Notes under the pieces: generated by a model
What the model was told of the DNA's origin: nothing
Databases searched by the model: none
The model's input: the letters and a program-made list of their open reading frames with translations, nothing else
Shown here: positions 1 to 5,456 of the stretch, one piece after another
Layout of the letters: each line of letters begins with the position of its first letter
How positions within the stretch are numbered: the stretch's first letter is position 1
Program-made: the position numbers and the translations under genes
Assembly: GCF_006345805.1 (NCBI RefSeq)
Contig: NW_021830036.1
Coordinates: 1-5,456, forward strand
DNA length: 5,456 bases
Reading direction: 5' to 3'
Source: Octopus sinensis
Taxonomy: Eukaryota

Positions 1-20
1 TGCGTCGCTATGATCGCCGT

Positions 21-217
21 AACTACTACCACTACCCTCAGGTACCTCTACTAGCATCTCCATCACACACTTCACTACCGCATCATTTTCATTGCCACCC
101 CGCCATCACCAACACTACTACTTCCACTACTGTCACCATCACCACCCCAAGCCACCACCACCACCACCACCAGCAACAACAACAACAGCAACGATGACGA
201 CGACAATAACAACAGCA
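21..217. repeat. Degenerate trinucleotide microsatellite mosaic (ACT/ACC/AAC/AGC/GAC units)
   Basis: Seen directly: actactaccactacc, a (CAC)n run at about 152-171, (AAC)n/(AGC) at about 172-190, then gatgacgacgacaataacaacagc. Confidence 0.9.
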
Positions 218-222
218 TGGGT

Positions 223-416
223 GGAGGCGCAATGGCCCAGTGGTTAGGGCAGCGGACTCGCGGTTTTAAAAACGCGGTTTCGATTCCCAGACCGGGCATT
301 TTGAGTGTTTATTGAACAAAAACACCTAAGCTCCACGAGGCTCCGTCGGAGAGGGGTGGTGAACCCCGCTGTGCTCTTTCGCCACAACTTTCTCTCATTC
401 TTTATTCCTACTTCTG
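223..416 (+). mobile_element. tRNA-derived SINE, family 1 (Octopus-type), apparently 3'-truncated
   Basis: The head ggaggcgcaatggcccagtggttagggcagcggactcg has an A-box TGGCCCAGTGG (233-243) and a B-box-like GGTTTCGATTCC (276-287). The body (gagtgtttattga..aaaacacctaagctccacgaggctcc..ctttctctcattcttt) matches a common Octopus SINE as I recall it. The family name needs a Dfam/Repbase check. Confidence 0.85.
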
Positions 417-519
417 CCACAAAGCAGAGGAACCATAGAGTAACCCACTATGGTGTGGTAAACTTTCAGACCCTAGTCTAGATTGCGAATCCTCTGGTTC
501 AGCTCTCCACCCGTTAAAA

Positions 520-860
520 GCCACCGATTACGGAATGAGATTAACAACGTAGCTTTCGCTCCCGTGCAACCGCCAGTCTATCGCGTGTGATGGGTGGATC
601 TTCAAGTTGCCACACGCATTCTTAGTAGCTTAGAGTAGGCACGACGTAGGGATTATTCTTTTTACCTAATGGCGTGAGTCCTGATTGGAAGAAGAAAGAA
701 GACAACAGCACGGCCTATTCCATAAATAGTGTTAGAAATGGTCTCGCTGGTTTATGTAATGGGACGGAATGATCACGATTGGCTATAGATCTAGTCCAAG
801 CATGGGAAATCTTTTTCGTTGTTCTTCGTGTTGGAAGGCCACCGTTGAAGTTAACAATCT
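520..860. promoter_or_regulatory. Possible cis-regulatory element (non-repetitive island with CCAAT and homeodomain-type motifs)
   Basis: Reverse CCAAT boxes at 684-688 and 778-782, GGATTA at 650-655, TAATGG at 667-672 and 757-762, CCATAAA at 720-726, AACAAT at 853-858. These are short motifs only, with no functional evidence. Confidence 0.2.
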
Positions 861-1452
861 CATGACAAAACTGCGATTCAGATGCGAAATATATTTAAAA
901 AATTATTGTCAAACCTACCATTTTATAAAAAATAAAATTTCAGTAACAAAAAAATACCTAATAAAATGTTATGAAGGGCAGAGGTCCCCAATAAGAACCC
1001 TTTCATACATACCACTACTGTTACAGAAATTTCTTGGATTTCTTTGTTTTAAACTCTTCGGCCCAATTGAGACTGCATCTGGTTCTATGATATAAACTTC
1101 TTGTTGAGTAATCAAAATTAAAACCTCTTAAAATTTCAGGCTAATTTAAGCGCTAAACGCCAACATAATTAGAACAAAGTTATTTTACTGAATCCTTCTA
1201 AATTAATTGAAACAGAGACCCATTACCCATTTTTTAATCTTCAATCTCATTATTGTTTACATCAAGCGTCTCGGATACGAAAGGTCGTAGCAAAAATCAA
1301 TGCTGGCTCAAAATTTCTGTAGCACATCTGTATGTAGTATTGACTTATAAAAACATTTAATATACTTTATAGTATAGCATGGTTCATAACGAAATACCAC
1401 GTACCTACAGGACATTAAAGGTAGGGTATTTCACCAGAAATATACGACTTTT

Positions 1453-2064
1453 CACCTTTAATTCCTGTTTCATTCTGATGGATTTTCATAGCCATTCGAT
1501 GTTTAAAAAATCCTATTGTATTTTTACAAATAATAGGCGCAGGAGTGGCTGTGTGGTAAGTAGCTGGCTTACCAACCACATGGTTCCGGGTTCAGTCCTA
1601 CAGAGTGGCACCTTGGGCAAGAGTTTTTACTATGGCCTCGGGTCGACCAAAGCCTTGTGAGTGGATTTGGTAGACGGAAGCTGAAAGAAGCCCGTCGTAT
1701 ATATGTATGTGTATATATATGTATGTGTGTGTCTGTGTTTGTTCCCCCAACATCGCTTGACAACCGTTGCCTGTGTGTTTACGTCCTCGTCACTTAGCGG
1801 TTTGGCAAAAGAGACTGATAAAATAAGTACTAGGCTTCCAAAGAATAAGTCCCGTGGTCGATTTGCTGGACTAAAGGCGATACTCCAGCATGGCCGCAGT
1901 CAAATAACAAACAAATAAAAGAATAAAAGAAAAGAAAAATGATATGAGGAATTATATTATTACAAAAATTGTTAAAATAGTTTGTGTACTTGGAAATATA
2001 ACTAATTTATTGTACGTAAATTTGAGCCTTAAATTCTTATATGAACCTTGGTTGAGAACTATTG
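1453..2064 (+). mobile_element. Non-autonomous hAT-like DNA transposon (MITE), copy A, interrupted by a SINE; left end degenerate or uncertain
   Basis: The right end ggttgagaactattg (2050-2064) reverse-complements to caatagttctcaacc, close to the hAT/Charlie-type TIR CAGTGGTTCTCAACC. Bases 1453-1497 align without gaps to 2105-2149 of copy B at 33/45 identity. The AT-rich flanks of the SINE resemble a recalled Octopus MITE. Confidence 0.65.
1536..1939 (+). mobile_element. tRNA-derived SINE, family 2 (abundant Octopus-type), near full length
   Basis: A-box-like TGGCTGTGTGG (1546-1556), B-box-like GGTTCAGTCC (1589-1598), internal (TA/TG)n tract at about 1698-1735, and an A-rich tail aaataaaagaataaaagaaaagaaaaa. 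It aligns along its length to the reverse complement of 4312-4714. Confidence 0.92.
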
Positions 2065-2067
2065 GCC

Positions 2068-2150
2068 CATGTATTCTCAACCAACTTTTTAAAAACCCAT
2101 GGACCCCCTTTAATTATTATTTTATTCTTGTGGAACCCCGTAGCCATTCC
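2068..2150 (+). mobile_element. hAT-like MITE, copy B (left terminus only, truncated)
   Basis: Starts with TIR-like catgtattctcaacc (2068-2082), followed by cccatggacccc, a motif I associate with hAT/Charlie subtermini. Bases 2105-2149 are homologous to 1453-1497. Confidence 0.65.
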
Positions 2151-2221
2151 TATTTTGTTTTCAACACATGCGCTTGTGTAGAGAAAGAAACCATGCTATT
2201 TCTTGCAATACAGTAATCGCT

Positions 2222-2460
2222 CGACTGGAACACTTTTCATCATAGGTCTGTTCGGTCGGGGATGATCTCGAGCGGGGTGGGAGCTAACCAACGAATACGA
2301 CAACAACAACAACAACAGCAGCAATAGTAAGGACCGTCGTGACCATCTCGTCTGTTTTCCTATGTGCAAGTAACCCATAACGACATTAGCAAACGTGTTG
2401 GTCCTACTTTTAGACAACACAATGCGATTTCGATGAAATTTGGTTGCTGTTTCTAGCACA
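2222..2460. mobile_element. Unclassified Octopus-type interspersed repeat fragment whose 5' part (2222-2339) appears inverted
   Basis: The minus strand of 2222-2316 reads (gtt)n..ttagctccc..cagacctatgatgaaaagtgttccagtcg. The plus strand of 2340-2458 reads tgaccatctcgtctgtttt..aaatttggttgctgtttctagca. I recall both pieces as consecutive parts of one Octopus repeat. This is from memory and was not searched. Confidence 0.5.
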
Positions 2461-2504
2461 TGGCCCCTTTCTTGATTCATAGGTGTCCCCCTTCTTTCCA
2501 CGTG

Positions 2505-2862
2505 TGATTCCTGTGTGTATCGGTGTCTGTATGTATGTGTGTGTGTTTGTGTCTTTGTGAGGATGTGTAAATGAGTGTATGTGTGTGTGTGCGTGCGTGC
2601 GTATATATTGTGTGTGTGTACATGTGCGTTGGTGTCTTTGTGTGTATGTATGTGCGTGTGTATGTGCATGTGTATGTGTGTGTGTGTGCACATATGTGTT
2701 TGTGTGTGTGTTTGTGTCTTTGTGAGGATGTGTGAATGAGTGTATGTGTGTGTACAAATATATATATGTGTATGTGTGCGTGCGTGCGTATATATTGTGT
2801 GTGTGTGTGTGTGTGTGTACATGTGCGTTGGTGTCTCTGTGTATATGTATGTGCATGTATGT

Positions 2863-2914
<52 letters not shown>
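2505..2914. repeat. Compound (TG)n/(TA)n/(TGCG)n tract with a higher-order tandem duplication; ends in pure (TG)23
   Basis: Seen directly. Anchor tttgtgtctttgtgaggatgtgt occurs at 2546 and 2711. Anchor gtacatgtgcgttggtgtct occurs at 2618 and 2817. Pure TG runs from 2868 to 2913. Confidence 0.95.
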
Positions 2915-2917
<3 letters not shown>

Positions 2918-3003
2918 TTTCCTTGTTATCGCTCTCTTTAATTGCTCTTCGCCTTTTAAGTTGTTTCTCCAAAATTTGATGCCGTTTCTTCAAGACACCG
3001 TGG

Positions 3004-3125
<122 letters not shown>

Positions 3126-3800
3126 CCACCACTTCCACCACCGCTGACTCCCTCCACCCACCAACCCACCCACTATTGTTGTTGTTATTGTTATTGTTAC
3201 TGCTGCTTCAATTATCGGGGCTGATAATCCTATTGTTCTTCTAGACCTTGCCTCTGATTACCTCAGCATCTACTACTGCTACTACTACTACTGCTGCTGC
3301 TGCTTATGCTGCTTATGCTGCTGCTGTTGTTGTTTCTGTTACTGATGCTATTCTCCTTGTTATTTTTCATGTTTTTATTGTTGCCTGGTTTCCTTCTTCT
3401 ACTTCTTCTTCTTCTCCTCCTCCTCCACTCCTCTTCCTTCTTCTTCTTCTCCTCCTTCATCTTCTTTTTCTTCTTCTTATTATTATTATCATTATTATTA
3501 TTATTATTATTGTTGTGGTTGTTCTTCTTGTTATTATTGTTATTGCTGATGCTGTTGCTATTATAATTATTGTTTTTGTTGTTCTTGTTGTTGTTGCTGT
3601 TAATGTAGCTGATTGTTCAACACCCCACTTGTCCCTTGTTATGCATTATCCCTATTTGTTTTGTGTTCGGCCCTTGTGGCCAATAAAGAGAAATTATTAT
3701 TATTATTATTATCATTATTATCATTATTATTATTGTTGTTGTTGTTACCGTTATTGTAGTTGTTGTTGTTCTAGTTTATTTTTCTTGTTACCATTGTTGT
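3126..3800. repeat. T-rich degenerate trinucleotide mosaic (CCA, TTG, TTA, ACT, GCT, TCT, CCT, CTT, ATT, GTT, TAT, TGT blocks)
   Basis: Seen directly as successive short runs of related triplets with a few non-repetitive spacers. Confidence 0.9.
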
Positions 3801-4070
3801 CGTTGCATATACCCTTGCTTTCTTTATTAAAACTGATAATTCTTTTGTTCTAAGACTCCCCTGGCTCTGTTACCTCGGCTTCTTTTGGTACCCCTGCCCC
3901 TGTTGTGTTTGTTCTTCTTATTGTTGCTACCTCTGTAGTTATTGAAGTGTAGTCCTTACAGCTTATAATATTTTATTAAACTTACCTTTCATCTTGTCCT
4001 TATTTTCATAATCCTTGTTATAACTAAAAGGAATACTGCCCTAAAGGAGGACTTTGCCCAATTTCTGATA

Positions 4071-4108
4071 GTGTGTGTTTGTGTGTGCGTGTGTGTGTGT
4101 GTGTGTGT
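4071..4108. repeat. (TG)n microsatellite, imperfect
   Basis: gtgtgtgtttgtgtgtgcgtgtgtgtgtgtgtgtgtgt. Confidence 0.95.
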
Positions 4109-4268
4109 AAATTATAAGGATTCCTTGAGAATCATGGCATAAGGCACATCGACGTATAAGACGCCACAAAGTGGCTAGGCACAAAATTACAAATAACTCA
4201 CTGTAAAATAAGGCAACATTGTTGATTACAAGTGCTGGTAGAATACCGCAGATAAGTACGAAATTCAA

Positions 4269-4277
4269 TATATGTGT

Positions 4278-4312
<35 letters not shown>
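4269..4312. repeat. (TA)(TG)n microsatellite abutting the SINE tail
   Basis: tatatgtgtgtgtatgtgtgtg...tgtgta. Confidence 0.95.
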
Positions 4313-4313
<1 letters not shown>

Positions 4314-4714
4314 TTATTGACTCTTTTACTTGTTTCAGTCAGTTGACTGTGGTCATGCTGGGGCACCGCCTTTAGTCGAGCAAATTGACCCCAGGACTTA
4401 TTCTTTGTAAGCCTAGTACTTATTGTATCTGCCTCTTTTGCCGAAACGGGAACATAAACACACCAGCATCGGTTGTCAAGCGATGTTGGGGAACAGACAC
4501 AGACACATAAACATACACACACACACGCACACACACACATATACATATATATGACGGGCATCTTTCCGTTTCCGTCTACCAAATCTACTCACAAGGTTTT
4601 GGTCGGCCCGAGGCTACAGTAGAAGACACTTGCCCAAGGTGCCACGTAGTAGGACTATATCCGGAACCATGTGGTTCATAAGCAAGCTACTTACCACATA
4701 GCCACTCCTACAAC
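4312..4714 (-). mobile_element. tRNA-derived SINE, family 2, second copy in reverse orientation
   Basis: The reverse complement begins gttgtaggagtggctatgtggtaagtagcttgct and ends cagtcaactgactgaaacaagtaaaagagtcaataaat. Hand alignment of the first 162 or so bases to 1536-1697 gives about 25 differences (about 85% identity). Internal microsatellite at about 4496-4552. Confidence 0.92.
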
Positions 4715-4764
4715 TGTTTAACTCAGACACATTTTTTCCTCCAGCTCTTTTTCTCTGTTCTTCT

Positions 4765-4895
4765 ATCATTTATGTAAAAGAACGTAGGCTCGAAACGTTA
4801 AAAACTTCTTACATTTTTTCCTGAGCGTGAAACTAATACACCCTGTTAGCTGTTCTTTCACCTTGTCTTTCTGATTTTTCATTTTATTTTGAGAC
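4765..4895 (+). mobile_element. Probable Penelope-like element terminal-repeat remnant with a decayed minimal hammerhead-like motif
   Basis: gtaaaagaacgtaggctcgaaacgttaaaaac (4774-4805) fits the layout CTGAnGA-short stem II-GAAA-palindromic AACGTT, but with a mutated first core strand. The downstream ctgagcgtgaaactaataca..cttgtctttc..tttt followed by (TA)n resembles a recalled Octopus repeat. Confidence 0.5.
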
Positions 4896-4923
4896 TATAT
4901 ATATATATATATCTATATATATA

Positions 4924-4954
<31 letters not shown>

Positions 4955-5070
4955 ATGCACGCACACACACACACATATACACAAATACACCTATAATTAA
5001 CAGAGAAATATATGCATGTATATATATATATATGTATGTATGTATGTATTATGTATATATGCATATATTT
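4896..5070. repeat. Compound (TA)n-(TG)n-(CA)n-(TA/TATG)n microsatellite
   Basis: Seen directly. Confidence 0.93.
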
Positions 5071-5411
5071 ATAAAACACTGGGCTTAACCATGCATGAGA
5101 CTGTCGTAGAGAGTAACGCAATACCCTGTAATTGTAAAACAAATTTTCGCTTTCTAAAGAAGAAAAATAAACGAAATCCCCCCATCCTCCCACAAATAAT
5201 GCTGCAAAAAACATATGGTCGTAAGTTTGTAGTGGTCAGATGTAGGGGGTATTAATGCTTTCAGAATAATTATGATTAACATCGATTGCAACACCAATAA
5301 CAATAACTATTGTAGCCGCAAACCCTACGAATAACGCAAACGTAACATTATATAGATGTTATCTGATGCGCAACGTTACAAACTTACAACTTTAGCACCG
5401 ACAACACAATA

Positions 5412-5456
5412 CGTACACATAAATGCACAGACACATATACATACATATATATATGT
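5412..5456. repeat. (CA/TA)n compound microsatellite running off the window end
   Basis: cgtacacataaatgcacagacacatatacatacatatatatatgt. Confidence 0.85.

Noticed and set aside
223-298. tRNA gene
   Set aside because: A and B boxes are present, but I could not build a full cloverleaf and the sequence continues into SINE body. The same applies to the heads at 1536 and 4714.
432-454. Small hairpins: accatag/ctatggt here, tacga/tcgta near 1276-1289, and atgaaggg/ccctttcat near 971-1006
   Set aside because: Stems of 5-8 bp are expected by chance in 5 kb, and I could not build a ribozyme or RNA-family fold.
1-475. Short matches to reverse-complement 28S rRNA (cgtcgctatga at 3-13; tgtggtaa..ttc.gac near 454-471) and to the 18S 5' end (ccatgcatg near 5088)
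   Set aside because: The matches are only about 9-15 nt and do not extend, consistent with chance.
769-1095. 108-aa ORF, plus the 93-aa (1379-1660) and 90-aa (1944-2216) ORFs
   Set aside because: No recognisable homology. The latter two cross transposon boundaries, and these lengths are compatible with chance.
2048-2090. Rho-independent terminator or Helitron 3' hairpin
   Set aside because: The context is eukaryotic, there is no downstream CTRR end, and abutting transposon TIRs explain the hairpin better.
2196-2993. Long ORFs (265, 148, 162, 79 and 69 aa) rich in HT/CV/YI repeats
   Set aside because: These are direct translations of the (TG/CA)n tract, with no domain-like sequence.
3248-3853. 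201-aa hydrophobic ORF and overlapping 86-aa and 65-aa ORFs
   Set aside because: Homopolymeric runs from triplet repeats. The 201-aa ORF starts at TTG, not ATG, and stays open only because its T-ending triplets exclude stops.
4149-4166. cgtataagacgc resembling a Tc1/mariner-pogo subterminal motif
   Set aside because: Only 12 bp, with no partner inverted repeat or TA duplication found.

Overview
Non-coding, repeat-dense eukaryotic DNA, most likely an octopus intron or intergenic region. The taxon is inferred from recalled similarity to Octopus SINE and MITE families, not from a database search. No protein-coding gene, tRNA/rRNA gene or CRISPR array is supportable, and the long ORFs are by-products of di- and trinucleotide repeats. 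The window holds one 3'-truncated tRNA-derived SINE (223-416) and two oppositely oriented copies of a second tRNA-derived SINE (1536-1939 +, 4312-4714 -). The first of those two is nested in a hAT-like MITE that abuts the start of a second MITE copy. There is also an unclassified interspersed repeat with an apparent internal micro-inversion, a probable Penelope-like element remnant with a decayed minimal hammerhead-like motif, and many microsatellites. I see no evidence of a new biological system. The best leads are the hammerhead relic, the inverted SINE pair as a possible dsRNA editing substrate, the micro-inversion and the nested-insertion history.
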